Below, piece by piece: positions 23,895 to 34,015 of a DNA stretch of 64,000 nucleotides. The notes under the pieces were generated by a model. It searched no databases, was not told the DNA's origin, and saw only the letters and a list, made by a program, of their open reading frames with translations. Numbering within the stretch: position 1 is the first letter of the stretch; every line of letters starts with the position of its first letter. The translations under genes were made by a program, and so were the position numbers. Source of the DNA: a virus; IMG/VR virus record IMGVR_UViG_2568526245_000002; one strand, written 5' to 3'.

Positions 23895-24382
23895 AGAAGT
23901 CATCGACCCAGGTTGTACTCGACGCAGTTCGGGAACTGCACAGCCAGCAGCAGATCGTCACTCGCCAGACCCTGGTCGAACTCACGGGGTTGAAGCCCGG
24001 CGTTGTCGATGATCGCCTTTCCGTCCTGGTGGACGACCTGCTGGTGCTGCGCGTCGAGCGTGGTGTGTTCGTACCGGCTCCGCAGTTCGATCCGCCCAGG
24101 CCGATCACTATCACGCAGATACCAGGTGGCTGGGCGAAGGTCGAGATCAGCGATGATCACGTAATCACGCTTACCCCAGCGGAGAAACGGATGCTCGGCG
24201 AATTGCTGGCGGGTGCGGCTCAGCAGTTCGCAGCGATCGATATCGGGCATTCGAACCAGATACTGGCCGCGGAACTGGCGATCAAGATACGGAAGCTGGA
24301 AAGGGAAGTGGCAGCATTACGCGCAGACAGGACCGATGGCGACGAAGCCCAGCTTTCCCTGTCGATGGACCATATCGCCTGA
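23891..24382 (+). CDS. Winged-helix protein, candidate late-gene regulator
   Basis: N-terminal VTRQTLVELTGLKPGVVDDRLSVLV...LRVERGVF wHTH pattern; lies immediately before terS. Confidence 0.6.
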   Translation: MKKSSTQVVLDAVRELHSQQQIVTRQTLVELTGLKPGVVDDRLSVLVDDLLVLRVERGVFVPAPQFDPPRPITITQIPGGWAKVEISDDHVITLTPAEKRMLGELLAGAAQQFAAIDIGHSNQILAAELAIKIRKLEREVAALRADRTDGDEAQLSLSMDHIA

Positions 24383-24383
24383 C

Positions 24384-24399
24384 CCCCCTGTAAGGTTCG
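24384..24399 (+). promoter_or_regulatory. Late-promoter motif copy 1 (CCCCCTGTAAGGTTCG) upstream of terS
   Basis: Four near-identical intergenic copies in the window. Confidence 0.7.
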
Positions 24400-24432
24400 A
24401 CCCATCCCCTCTGGCCCGGACAATTCCGGGTC

Positions 24433-25323
24433 ATGACCCAGAAGCCCAACACCGAACCGAAGAAGGCCCCGGTAGCGAAGAAGCGCGCTACAGGGGCTTC
24501 TGCACGCCTGGCGCCTGATCACGCTCAGGGGCAGGCAGTAGCCAAACTCACCTCGCAACAAGCGGCGTTCGTCCAGGAGTACCTGGTAGACCTGAACGCG
24601 ACCCAAGCTGCGATCCGTGCCAAGTACAGCGCTAAGACTGCGCGCTCAATTGGTAGCCAGCTATTGACAAAACTTAACATCCAGGAAGCCATCGCCAAGG
24701 CTCGCTTGGAGCAGCAGGAGCGGACGCAGATCACCGCCGACCGCGTATTGCGTGAAGCCTGGAACCAGGTGACGGCAGATGCACGCGAACTGACGCAGCT
24801 ACGCATCGGTTGCTGCCGGTACTGCCACGGCTTCGAGCACAGGTATCAGCGTACCCGTAACGAGTTCGACCAGGACTACGCGGAGTGGGAATCCGATAGC
24901 GGTACGGACAAAGGGCAGTTCAACGTCAAGGGCGGCCCAGGCTTCGATCCCAATGCCGAGCCGCACCCTGGATGCCCTGAGTGTGCAGGCGACGGCGTGC
25001 CGCGCGTGGTGCTGATGGATACCCGCAACCTGTCCGACGGTGCCCGCTCGTTGTTCGCTGGCGTCAAGCAGACCAAGTTCGGCATCGAGATACAGATGCA
25101 CTCCAAGGATGCGGCCATGGAGAAGCTGTTCAAGCATCTTGGCTTGTACGAGAAGGACAACGAGCAGAAGACCGATCCGCTCACCGCTCTGCTACACACC
25201 ATCGCCAGCACCAGCGGCAATGCCTTCAAGCCGGTAGCCGATGACCCTGAGCACACTATGCCGGCGAGTGGTAGAAGCGCCATGCAGCCCGTTTCCGACC
25301 CTGATGCCGTCGACGAGGGCTGA
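24433..25323 (+). CDS. terS: Terminase small subunit with Zn-finger insertion
   Basis: EYLVDLNATQAAIRAKYS...LL...NIQEAI; CRYC...CPECAGDG. Confidence 0.9.
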   Translation: MTQKPNTEPKKAPVAKKRATGASARLAPDHAQGQAVAKLTSQQAAFVQEYLVDLNATQAAIRAKYSAKTARSIGSQLLTKLNIQEAIAKARLEQQERTQITADRVLREAWNQVTADARELTQLRIGCCRYCHGFEHRYQRTRNEFDQDYAEWESDSGTDKGQFNVKGGPGFDPNAEPHPGCPECAGDGVPRVVLMDTRNLSDGARSLFAGVKQTKFGIEIQMHSKDAAMEKLFKHLGLYEKDNEQKTDPLTALLHTIASTSGNAFKPVADDPEHTMPASGRSAMQPVSDPDAVDEG

Positions 25324-25326
25324 TGC

Positions 25327-26958
25327 ATGGGAATGTCGGTCAGCTTCAACGAGCCACTGATGCCGCTCCCCACGGACGCGGCCGAACTGGCGCGCTGCCT
25401 GGCTGACCCTGAGTGGCGCCTGTTCTCCGGCTGCCTGTACAAGATCATGATCAAGGGTGACGACAAGATCGGCCCTGACGGCAGCATCGAGGAAGGCGAC
25501 AGCTTTGTGCTGCCCTTCAAGCCAAACCGGGCGCAGAAGCGGTTTATCCGTCGCCTATGGCACCGCAACTTGATCCTCAAGGCGCGTCAGCTCGGCTTTA
25601 CGACGCTGATCGCGATCATGTGGCTGGACCATGCGCTGTTCAACGGCGACCAGCGCTGCGGCATCATCGCGCAGGACCGCGACGCGGCTAAGGTGATCTT
25701 TCGGGACAAGGTGAAGTTCGCCTACGACAACCTCCCCGAGCAAATCCGCGAGCGCTTCCCCACGGCAGCAGCCAACGCCGATGAACTGCTGTTCGCCCAC
25801 AACAACAGCAGCGTGCGCGTGGCCACGTCCATGCGTTCCGGCACTATCCACCGCCTGCATGTCTCCGAGTTCGGGAAAATCTGCGCCAAGTACCCGGACA
25901 AGGCGCAGGAAGTCGTTACGGGCTCCATCCCTGCTGTGCCCACGAACGGCATCCTCGTCATTGAGTCCACCGCTGAAGGCCGCGAGGGCGAGTTCTTCAA
26001 GATGGTGCAGATCGCCGAGGCGAACCACGCCAGCCGCAAGAAGCTGACGCCGCGTGACTACCGCATGCATTTCTACGCCTGGTGGCAAGAGCCGAAGTAC
26101 CGCCTTGACTCGCGCACCATCGAACTGACGCGCGAGGAGCACGAATACTTCGATCTGGTGGAAGCCACGGTGCTGCGCGACATGGGCGAGCGCATCACTA
26201 TCGACCCGGACCAGCGTGCATGGTACGTGGCCACCAAACGCGCGGACTTCTCCGGCGCCGAAGAGAAGATGTGGCAGGAATATCCATCCTTCCCTGCCGA
26301 GGCTTTCCAGATCAGCACGGAAGGCAACTGGTACGCCAAGGACATGGCGACTCTGCGCAAGCGCAACGGCATCACCAAGGTGCTGATCCTGGACGTGCCG
26401 ATCAACACCTTTTGGGACATCGGCCGCAGCGATGGCTGCGCCATCTGGTTCCACCAGGAGCTACACGGCGAAGACCGCTTCATCGACTACTACGAGGCAC
26501 ACAACGAAGACCTGCGGCACTACGTCAAGGAAATGCGCGATCGGGGCTACCTGTTCGGAACGCACTTTCTGCCGCATGACGCTGAGCACAAACGCCTGAG
26601 CGACTTCAACCGCAGCACGCTAGAAATGCTGCAAGACCTGATGCCAGGCGAGCAGTTCGCCATCGTGCCACGCATCACCGAACTGGTGACGGGCGTACAG
26701 CAGACCCGAAAGCACATGAAGACCGCGTATCTGGACGAAACCAGATGCGCAAAGGGGATCCAGCGGCTGGAGGGGTACCGCAAGAAGTTCAACCGCGCAG
26801 AGAACCGATTCACCAATGAGCCCGACAAGAGCAATGGATGCAGCGAGGGTGCCGACGCCTTCCGTCAGTGGGCGCAGGCGAAGGAACTGGGGATGCTGTC
26901 CAGCGCAACGATGAATTACCAATACCAGGAAGCCGAGCCCACCGACTGGCGGCTGTGA
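25327..26958 (+). CDS. terL: Terminase large subunit
   Basis: ILKARQLGFTT (Walker A), LHVSEF (Walker B), ESTAEG, WDIG..D nuclease motif. Confidence 0.95.
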   Translation: MGMSVSFNEPLMPLPTDAAELARCLADPEWRLFSGCLYKIMIKGDDKIGPDGSIEEGDSFVLPFKPNRAQKRFIRRLWHRNLILKARQLGFTTLIAIMWLDHALFNGDQRCGIIAQDRDAAKVIFRDKVKFAYDNLPEQIRERFPTAAANADELLFAHNNSSVRVATSMRSGTIHRLHVSEFGKICAKYPDKAQEVVTGSIPAVPTNGILVIESTAEGREGEFFKMVQIAEANHASRKKLTPRDYRMHFYAWWQEPKYRLDSRTIELTREEHEYFDLVEATVLRDMGERITIDPDQRAWYVATKRADFSGAEEKMWQEYPSFPAEAFQISTEGNWYAKDMATLRKRNGITKVLILDVPINTFWDIGRSDGCAIWFHQELHGEDRFIDYYEAHNEDLRHYVKEMRDRGYLFGTHFLPHDAEHKRLSDFNRSTLEMLQDLMPGEQFAIVPRITELVTGVQQTRKHMKTAYLDETRCAKGIQRLEGYRKKFNRAENRFTNEPDKSNGCSEGADAFRQWAQAKELGMLSSATMNYQYQEAEPTDWRL

Positions 26959-26968
26959 GGACAACGAC

Positions 26969-29284
26969 ATGCAGATCACCGAGAACGACCGCCAGTATAT
27001 GAACGGCTTGCCACCTGCGGGAGACACGCCGCTGACCGTGGACGAATACGCCGACATCAACTACGAAATCGAGGACCAGCCCGCCTGGCGCGCCGTCGCC
27101 GACAAGGAAATGGACTATGCGGATGGCAACCAACTCGACACCGAGCTGCTGCGTCGCCAGCAGGCACTGGGCATCCCCCCCGCGGTGGAGGACCTGATTG
27201 GCCCGGCGCTGTTGTCCCTACAGGGATATGAGGCTGTCACGCGCACCGACTGGCGGGTGACGCCGAACGGCGATGTGGGCGGCCAGGAAGTGGCCGACGC
27301 TCTGAACTACCGGCTGAACACGGCAGAGCGCCAGTCTGGTGCCGACCGAGCATGCTCCGAGGCATTCCGGCCGCAGATTGCGTGCGGCATCGGCTGGGTA
27401 GAGGTCAGCCGCGAGTCAGACCCGTTCAAGTTCCCGTACCGTTGTCGGCCAATCCGCCGCGACGAAATCCACTGGGACATGAAGTGCGGCGACGACTGGG
27501 AGGCCTGCCGCTTCCTACGCCGGCAGCGCTGGCTGTCACCTGATCGCATTGCCCTGGTGTTCCCGGAGCATGCCGAGCTGATCGGCATGGTAGGTAAGTA
27601 CGGCAGCACCTGGTGGGGCCAGCCCGATCTCGGAATGATGGAAGGTGGCACATCCACCGGTCTGCACAACGCCTGGAACGAGGCGCGAGCATGGACCGTG
27701 CAGGAGGACCGCTGGTACAACCCGAGCAGCAAGGAAATCTGCCTGGTGGAACTCTGGTATCGCCGCTGGGTTCAGGTCCACGTCCTGAAATCGCCCGATG
27801 GCCGAGTCGTCGAGTACGACCCGAACAACCTGGCGCACAACATCGCGCTGGCGTCCGGCCGCATTTCCCCCAGGAAGGTGACGGTATCCCGCGTGCGCCG
27901 CTCCTACTGGCTGGGACCGCACTGCCTGCACGATGGTCCCACGCCGTACACGCACCGGCACTTCCCATACGTGCCATTCTTCGGGTTCCGCGAGGACGCT
28001 ACTGGCATTCCATACGGCTACGTGCGCGGCATGAAGTACGCGCAGGACAGCCTGAACAGTGGTGTCAGCAAATTGCGCTGGGGAATGAGCGTCGCTCGCG
28101 TCGAGCGTACCAAGGGCGCGGTAGCCATGACTGACGCCCAGTTCCGGCGGCAGATCGCACGTCCTGATGCGGACATCGTGCTGGACGAAAATCACATGGC
28201 GAAGCCTGGTGCGCGCTTCGATGTGAAGCGTGACTACACCCTGACCGACCAGCATTTCCAGATGCTCCAGGACAACCGCGCCACCATCGAGCGCGTAAGC
28301 AACATCACGGCCGGTTTCCAAGGGCGCAAAGGCACGGCCACTAGCGGCATCCAGGAACAGCAGCAGATCGAGCAGAGCAACCAGTCAATTGGCCGGATCA
28401 TGGACAACTTCCGCGCCGGCCGGACCCTGGTGGGCGAACTGCTGCTGGCAATGATCGTCGAGGACATCGGCCAGGAGCGCACTGAGGTTGTTATCGAAGG
28501 CGATGCCGTGACCGCCGATCGTGTCGTGGTGCTCAACGAGCCGCAGCGCGATCCGCAGACCGGCGCCGCCTACCTGTCCAATGATCTGCTGCGCACTCGG
28601 ATCAAGGTCGCCCTCGAGGACGTTCCCAGCACCAACAGCTACCGCGGCCAGCAGCTCAACGCGATGTCCGAGGCCGTCAAGAGCATGCCGCCGCAGTACC
28701 AGGCCGCTGTCCTGCCGTTCCTGGTCAGCCTCATGGACGTGCCGTTCAAGCGCGACGTGGTGGAGGCCATCCGAGCCGTTGATCAACAGCAGACCCCGGA
28801 GCAGATCCAGCAGCAGATCGACCAGGCCGTGCAGGACGCCCTGGCCAAGGCCGGAAACGACATCAAGCTGCGCGAACTGGAGATCAAGGAGCGCAAGGCG
28901 GATAGCGAAATCAGTGGGCTGAACGCCAAGGCAGTGCAGATCGGGGTGCAGGCCGCATTCAGTGCCATGCAGGCCGGCGCCCAGATTGCGCAGATGCCGA
29001 TGATCGCGCCGATCGCCGACGCCGTGATGCAGAGCGCTGGATACCAGCGCCCGAACCCTGCTGGTGACGACCCGAATTACCCCGTAGCCGACCAGACGGC
29101 GGCAATGAACATCAAGTCGCCCTACATCCAAGGGCAGGGGCCGGCAGCAGCAGAAGCTGAGGCCGAGGAGGCTCCGGTACGCAGGAACACCAGCCCGACA
29201 TATCCGCCGGTGCCGGCCGAAGCCCCGACCGGCCAGCGCGGAATAGAGACGCCGAGTACGGCTGACAACCTGCCGCAGCCCTGA
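26969..29284 (+). CDS. Portal protein, P22-like
   Basis: 771 aa after terL; YADGNQ, G.GW.EV, FPYVPFFG...YG.VR.M...QD..N motifs. Confidence 0.88.
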   Translation: MQITENDRQYMNGLPPAGDTPLTVDEYADINYEIEDQPAWRAVADKEMDYADGNQLDTELLRRQQALGIPPAVEDLIGPALLSLQGYEAVTRTDWRVTPNGDVGGQEVADALNYRLNTAERQSGADRACSEAFRPQIACGIGWVEVSRESDPFKFPYRCRPIRRDEIHWDMKCGDDWEACRFLRRQRWLSPDRIALVFPEHAELIGMVGKYGSTWWGQPDLGMMEGGTSTGLHNAWNEARAWTVQEDRWYNPSSKEICLVELWYRRWVQVHVLKSPDGRVVEYDPNNLAHNIALASGRISPRKVTVSRVRRSYWLGPHCLHDGPTPYTHRHFPYVPFFGFREDATGIPYGYVRGMKYAQDSLNSGVSKLRWGMSVARVERTKGAVAMTDAQFRRQIARPDADIVLDENHMAKPGARFDVKRDYTLTDQHFQMLQDNRATIERVSNITAGFQGRKGTATSGIQEQQQIEQSNQSIGRIMDNFRAGRTLVGELLLAMIVEDIGQERTEVVIEGDAVTADRVVVLNEPQRDPQTGAAYLSNDLLRTRIKVALEDVPSTNSYRGQQLNAMSEAVKSMPPQYQAAVLPFLVSLMDVPFKRDVVEAIRAVDQQQTPEQIQQQIDQAVQDALAKAGNDIKLRELEIKERKADSEISGLNAKAVQIGVQAAFSAMQAGAQIAQMPMIAPIADAVMQSAGYQRPNPAGDDPNYPVADQTAAMNIKSPYIQGQGPAAAEAEAEEAPVRRNTSPTYPPVPAEAPTGQRGIETPSTADNLPQP

Positions 29285-29328
29285 CACACCTCCGCTACAA
29301 CTCGCCAACCTGAAACCCTACCGGGCCA

Positions 29329-29345
29329 CCCCCTGTAGGGTTTCG
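29329..29345 (+). promoter_or_regulatory. Late-promoter motif copy 2 (CCCCCTGTAGGGTTTCG), overlapping the 3' arm of the hairpin GAAACCCTAC...GTAGGGTTTC
   Basis: Read directly; upstream of the scaffold gene. Confidence 0.7.
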
Positions 29346-29469
29346 TTCTTCCTGCACCTGTCTCCGACACTGCCGCCCAAGCCAAGGCGTCTCCGAACGC
29401 CGGCGAGACGCGGAGTAATCCGCATTGCTGATGACCCTTGCGGCCACGGCGATATGTGGCGGGATAGGC

Positions 29470-30561
29470 ATGAAAAAAGACGAGCTTTTCCAAGAGATAG
29501 ACGGTGGACGGCCGACACCCGAACAGGCTGCCAGGATGATTGAACTGGCAATGGGCGATACCAGCAATTTCATGCTGGACAGCGACGAGCCCAACGTCGC
29601 AGCCGACGCGGGTGCCGGCGATGCTGGCGAGGCCAGCGCCGATGCCGCCGATCAGGCAGACAACACCGAACAGAACACCGACGCGCAGCAGGGCGCGGGT
29701 GACGCCGGCGCTTCGGCTGGTGGCGACCAACAGGGCAAGACGCCCGACGCCAAAGAGCTAAACGCCGAGAACGCCGTGATCCTGGCCAAGGACGGCAAGC
29801 ACACCATCGGCTACGAGAAGCTGGTGGAAGCGAGACAGGGAGAACAGCACTGGAAGGCCCAAGCCCAGGCCGCGCAGGCAGAGCTACAACGCCTGCGGGA
29901 TGAGGCAGCAGCGCGCGCCACGGCAGGCGAGGCCCCGACGTCGCAGGACAACCAACTGGCGGCGGCTCAGGCTGCCATGGATCAGGGGGTTGACCCGGCG
30001 ATCTTCGGTGACTTCAGCGAGGAAGCGCTGGCCGCGGGCATCCAGAAGCTGATCGACGCGAAGGTGGAAGCGCGCGTGAGCGCACTCGTGGACCAGAAGC
30101 TGGCACCGATCCAGAAGAAGGAAGCCGAGAGCGCCGCGAGCGCCCACCTGAATGCGATCTACGAGGCCCACCCGGACGCCGACTCCATTGCGGAGAGCAA
30201 GGAGTTCGGGGACTGGGTGGCGTCCCGTCCGGCATATGAGCGCGCGAGCATCGCCAAGGTGCTGGAAGACGGCACCGCGGCCGATGTCATCGAACTGTTC
30301 GGTTCGTTCAAGTCCGCCACCGGAAACGCTCAGCAGTCGCAGCAGCAGCCGAACGCGCAAGACGCGAAGGCTGCGGCCCAGGCTGCCATCAACAAAGCCA
30401 AGACCGAACCGCCGGCCAGTCTCTCGGATATCCCGGGCGGCAAGCCTCCGGCTGGCAACCGATTCGAGGCCATCGCCGCAATGGATCCGGCATCCATGTC
30501 GGACGCCCTGCGCGGCATGAGCCCCGATCAGGTCGAGGCATTCCTGAACCGGAACATGTAA
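29470..30561 (+). CDS. Capsid scaffolding protein
   Basis: Acidic, Ala/Gln-rich, helical; lies between portal and capsid. Confidence 0.7.
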   Translation: MKKDELFQEIDGGRPTPEQAARMIELAMGDTSNFMLDSDEPNVAADAGAGDAGEASADAADQADNTEQNTDAQQGAGDAGASAGGDQQGKTPDAKELNAENAVILAKDGKHTIGYEKLVEARQGEQHWKAQAQAAQAELQRLRDEAAARATAGEAPTSQDNQLAAAQAAMDQGVDPAIFGDFSEEALAAGIQKLIDAKVEARVSALVDQKLAPIQKKEAESAASAHLNAIYEAHPDADSIAESKEFGDWVASRPAYERASIAKVLEDGTAADVIELFGSFKSATGNAQQSQQQPNAQDAKAAAQAAINKAKTEPPASLSDIPGGKPPAGNRFEAIAAMDPASMSDALRGMSPDQVEAFLNRNM

Positions 30562-30573
30562 GGGAGCTACCCC

Positions 30574-31866
30574 ATGACCGCAAGCAAAACCACCATGCGT
30601 TACGGTGATCCGAACGCGATGATCCAACAGGCCGCCGGCTTGTTCGCGCTCTGCCAGGGCCGCAACTCGACCCTGAACCGCCTGACCGGCAAGATGCCGA
30701 GCGGCACCAGCGACGCCGAGAAGAAGACCAAGGGCCAGTCGAGCCTGGAGCTTCCCATCGTCCAGGCCCAGGACCTGGGCCGCAACAAGGGCGACGAGGT
30801 GCGTTTCCATTTCGTGCAGCCGGCGAACGCCTTCCCGATCATGGGTAGCGAGTACGCCGAGGGCAAGGGCACTGGCCTGAAGATCGGCAGCGACCAACTG
30901 CGCGTCAACCAAGCCCGCTTCCCGGTGGACCTGGGTGATGTAATGTCGCAGATTCGCAACCCCTACGACCTGCGGCGCCTCGGCCGTCCGAAGGCGAAGT
31001 GGTTCATGGACGCCTACCTGGACCAGTCCATGCTGGTTCACCTGGCCGGCGCCCGTGGTAACCACTACAACAAGGAGTGGTGCCTCCCGCTGGAGACGCA
31101 CCCGAAGCTGGCTGACATGCTGGTCAACCGCGTCAAGGCGCCGACCAAGAACCGTCACTTCGTGGCCAGCGCCGATGCCATCACTGGCGTTGCGCCGAAT
31201 GCGGGGGAGTACAACATCACCACCGCCGACGTGCTGGACGTGGATGTGGTCGACTCCATCGCCACCTACATGGACCAGATCGAGCTGCCGCCGCCGCCCG
31301 TGAAGTTCGAGGGCGACGAGGCCGCCGAGGATTCGCCGATCCGCGTCCTGCTGTGCTCGCCGGCCCAGTACAACAGCTTCGCCAAGCAGGAGAAGTTCCG
31401 TAGTTGGCAGGCTGCTGCACTGGCGCGCGCGTCGAACGCCAAGCAGCACCCGATCTTCCGCGTCGATGCGGGCCTGTGGTCCAACACCCTCATCATCAAG
31501 ATGCCGAAGCCGATCCGCTTCTACGCGGGCGACACCATCAAGTATTGCGCCGCATACAACTCGGAAGCTGAGTCGAGCGCCGTGGTGCCGGATAGCTTCG
31601 GCAATCAGTACGCGGTGGACCGCGCCCTGCTGCTGGGCGGCCAGGCTCTGGCGCAAGCCTGGGCGGCTTCCGAGCACTCCGGCATGCCGTTCTTCTGGTC
31701 CGAGAAGGACATGGACCACGGCGACAAGCTGGAACTGCTGATCGGCGCGATCCTCGGCTGCTCCAAGATTCGTTTCGCCGTCGAGGCGACCAACGGCTTG
31801 GAGTACACCGACCACGGCGTGATGGCGATCGACACCGCCGTCAAGATCATCGGCCCCCGCAAGTAA
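30574..31866 (+). CDS. Major capsid protein (N4-gp56/DUF4043-like)
   Basis: DLGRNKGDEVRF...EG....L......RV.Q.R.PV...RALLLGGQALA...DHGVMAIDT; strong codon bias. Confidence 0.88.
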   Translation: MTASKTTMRYGDPNAMIQQAAGLFALCQGRNSTLNRLTGKMPSGTSDAEKKTKGQSSLELPIVQAQDLGRNKGDEVRFHFVQPANAFPIMGSEYAEGKGTGLKIGSDQLRVNQARFPVDLGDVMSQIRNPYDLRRLGRPKAKWFMDAYLDQSMLVHLAGARGNHYNKEWCLPLETHPKLADMLVNRVKAPTKNRHFVASADAITGVAPNAGEYNITTADVLDVDVVDSIATYMDQIELPPPPVKFEGDEAAEDSPIRVLLCSPAQYNSFAKQEKFRSWQAAALARASNAKQHPIFRVDAGLWSNTLIIKMPKPIRFYAGDTIKYCAAYNSEAESSAVVPDSFGNQYAVDRALLLGGQALAQAWAASEHSGMPFFWSEKDMDHGDKLELLIGAILGCSKIRFAVEATNGLEYTDHGVMAIDTAVKIIGPRK

Positions 31867-31871
31867 GCGAC

Positions 31872-31894
31872 AAGGGTCGGTGATCCCGGCCCTT
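31872..31894 (+). terminator. Stem-loop after the capsid gene
   Basis: AAGGGTCGG-TGATC-CCGGCCCTT followed by pyrimidines. Confidence 0.55.
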
Positions 31895-31924
31895 TCCTTC
31901 GTCCAGATTGAAAGGAGGCCCGTT

Positions 31925-32404
31925 ATGGCCCAGTACAAGACCATCCCGCTCGGCGGCCAGTTCGGCGGTTTCACGCCGTATGGCAACCTGACCACCCTGC
32001 GTTACCAGCTCGCGACCAACGCGGCCGGCGTTCTGCTCAACAGCAGTGCCGCCGCCGCGCTGGCGGTGGGCGACGTCGTGGCGTTCGAGTTCCCGTTGCC
32101 CGCCGGCTTCGTCGCCGAAGACCTGCAACTGGTGATTTCCGACCACTTCGGTGCCGGCGTGACCGCTGACGTGGGCTTTGCCTACGCCGACGGCGTGGAC
32201 GACGCGACCTATCCGCAGGACGCCGCATATTTCGGCGCTGGCCTGCTGCTGTCGGCCGCTGCGCGCCTGCGCACCAGTTCCAGCAAGGCGCTGTTCGCGC
32301 TGCCCAAGGACGCCAACCTGGTTATCACCATCAAAGGCGCTGCCGTCGCGGAGGCGGGCAAGCTCCAGGTGATCGTCCACGGCGAGCGCCTCGGCGCAGT
32401 CTAA
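31925..32404 (+). CDS. Capsid decoration/cement-like protein
   Basis: Beta-rich 159 aa right after the capsid gene; GGAGG SD. Confidence 0.55.
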   Translation: MAQYKTIPLGGQFGGFTPYGNLTTLRYQLATNAAGVLLNSSAAAALAVGDVVAFEFPLPAGFVAEDLQLVISDHFGAGVTADVGFAYADGVDDATYPQDAAYFGAGLLLSAAARLRTSSSKALFALPKDANLVITIKGAAVAEAGKLQVIVHGERLGAV

Positions 32405-32419
32405 GCGCCGCCGCCCCAC

Positions 32420-32445
32420 GAAGGGCCGGCCTGTGCTGGCCCTTC
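32420..32445 (+). terminator. Stem-loop similar to the post-capsid one
   Basis: GAAGGGCCGG-CCTGTG-CTGGCCCTTC. Confidence 0.5.
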
Positions 32446-32468
32446 TGTCACGCAGGAGTAGGACATTC

Positions 32469-33341
32469 ATGAAACCCATCCTCATCGCCACCATCGCCCA
32501 CGCGATCAATTCCGCCTACTGCCTCGCCATCGGCGACAAGGTGGCGCCACCGTTCGCCGAGTGCCCGGAAGACATGCAGCGCGGCATCCTGGCCGGCGTG
32601 CAACTCCACCTGGACAACCCACACACCACCCCCGAGCAGTCCCATGAGTCCTGGCTGGCGGACAAGCTGGCCAACGGCTGGGTCCATGGCGAGGTCAAGG
32701 ACTTCGAGGCGAAGACGCACCCGTGCTGCGTTCCCTACGCCGAGTTGCCCGAGTCGCAGAAGGTCAAGGACTACCTGTTCCGCGCCGTGGTTCATGCACT
32801 CAAGGACATCCCGGACGCTGGGAGCCAGGACGCCGACGCGCGCGTGGCTGAGTTGCAAGACCAACTCAACGAGGTGCTAGGCAAGAATGCGGCCCTGGTG
32901 GCGCAGATTGCGAGCGACGGCGTGCCCATGCTGGATAACGGCGTGCCCATCAAGTACATCGGCCCGCGGGAAAGCTTCACCGACCGTCTGTATAGCTCGG
33001 GGCTGATGTTCACCCAAGGGCAGGTGCGTAGCGTGCCCGGCGACCTGGCGCGTCGATTCCTCAACCATCGCGACCTGTTCGAGCGCTCCACCGGCCCCGC
33101 ACCGGCCGGCGACGACACCAAGCAGGTGATCGCGCAGGCCCAGCAGGAGCAGAAGGAGCGCACTCGCAAGGAGGAAGACCTATCGGCCCTGCACCGGGAG
33201 GTGGACAACTTCGCCGACTTCACCAGCCTGGCGGCATTCGCCAAGGACCGCTACGGACTGAACTTGGTCAAGCAGCACGGCTTGGCGCGCTCCCGTGATG
33301 CCGTCCACGCACGCATCGACCAGTTCGGTGGCGCGGTATGA
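32469..33341 (+). CDS. RyR (ryanodine receptor repeat) domain protein
   Basis: EQSHESWLADKLANGWVHGEVKDFEAKTHPCCVPYAELPESQKVKDYLF matches the RyR domain; start ATG 32469. Confidence 0.85.
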   Translation: MKPILIATIAHAINSAYCLAIGDKVAPPFAECPEDMQRGILAGVQLHLDNPHTTPEQSHESWLADKLANGWVHGEVKDFEAKTHPCCVPYAELPESQKVKDYLFRAVVHALKDIPDAGSQDADARVAELQDQLNEVLGKNAALVAQIASDGVPMLDNGVPIKYIGPRESFTDRLYSSGLMFTQGQVRSVPGDLARRFLNHRDLFERSTGPAPAGDDTKQVIAQAQQEQKERTRKEEDLSALHREVDNFADFTSLAAFAKDRYGLNLVKQHGLARSRDAVHARIDQFGGAV

Positions 33342-34015
33342 CGCTGGCCGACCTGATCCGCCGAGTTCGCACGGACGCGAATGACATGGTGGAGCCGTAT
33401 TTCTGGTCGGACCAGGACGTGGCCGACTGGCTCAACGACGCAGTGCGCGAAGCCGCCGTGCGCGGCAGGCTGATCCACGAGAGCCAGGCCGACGCCGTCT
33501 GCCGCATCGAGGTGGTCGCCGGAACTGCCGTCTACCAGTTGCATGCGTCGCTATACGAACTGTCGCACCTTGGCTTCTACCCGGCCGATATGTCGCGCCC
33601 GACCATGCCGGTGCTGAAGTCGGCCGAGGTGCTTGATGCGGAGAGGCCCGGCTGGCGCGCCTGCACCGGCAAGCCGCTGTACGCAATCCAGCACGACACC
33701 ACGCTGCGCCTGGCTCCGACCCCTGACCGCGCCGGTATCTTGCGTCTTGAAGGCTACCGCACGCCCCTGGCGGACATGACGCTGACCGACAAGGACACCG
33801 TGCAGCCGGAGATACACCCCGAACACCACCGGCACCTGGTCCAGTGGGCGCTGCATCGCGGATTCAGCATCCCCGACATGGAATCGTTTGACCCGAGCCG
33901 CGCCGCACTGGCCGAGGATGCCTTCACGGCCTACTTCGGCCAGCGGCCCGACTCCGACCTGCGGCGCATCACCCGTGAGGACGTTCCTCACCATGTAGAG
34001 GCATTCTGGCCATGA
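33338..34015 (+). CDS. Head-tail adaptor-like virion protein
   Basis: MTLADLIRRVR...YFWSD..V.DWLNDA.REA pattern; position. Confidence 0.6.
   Translation: MTLADLIRRVRTDANDMVEPYFWSDQDVADWLNDAVREAAVRGRLIHESQADAVCRIEVVAGTAVYQLHASLYELSHLGFYPADMSRPTMPVLKSAEVLDAERPGWRACTGKPLYAIQHDTTLRLAPTPDRAGILRLEGYRTPLADMTLTDKDTVQPEIHPEHHRHLVQWALHRGFSIPDMESFDPSRAALAEDAFTAYFGQRPDSDLRRITREDVPHHVEAFWP

Noticed and set aside
29884-31995. 703-aa minus-strand ORF
   Set aside because: Antisense shadow of the scaffold and capsid genes
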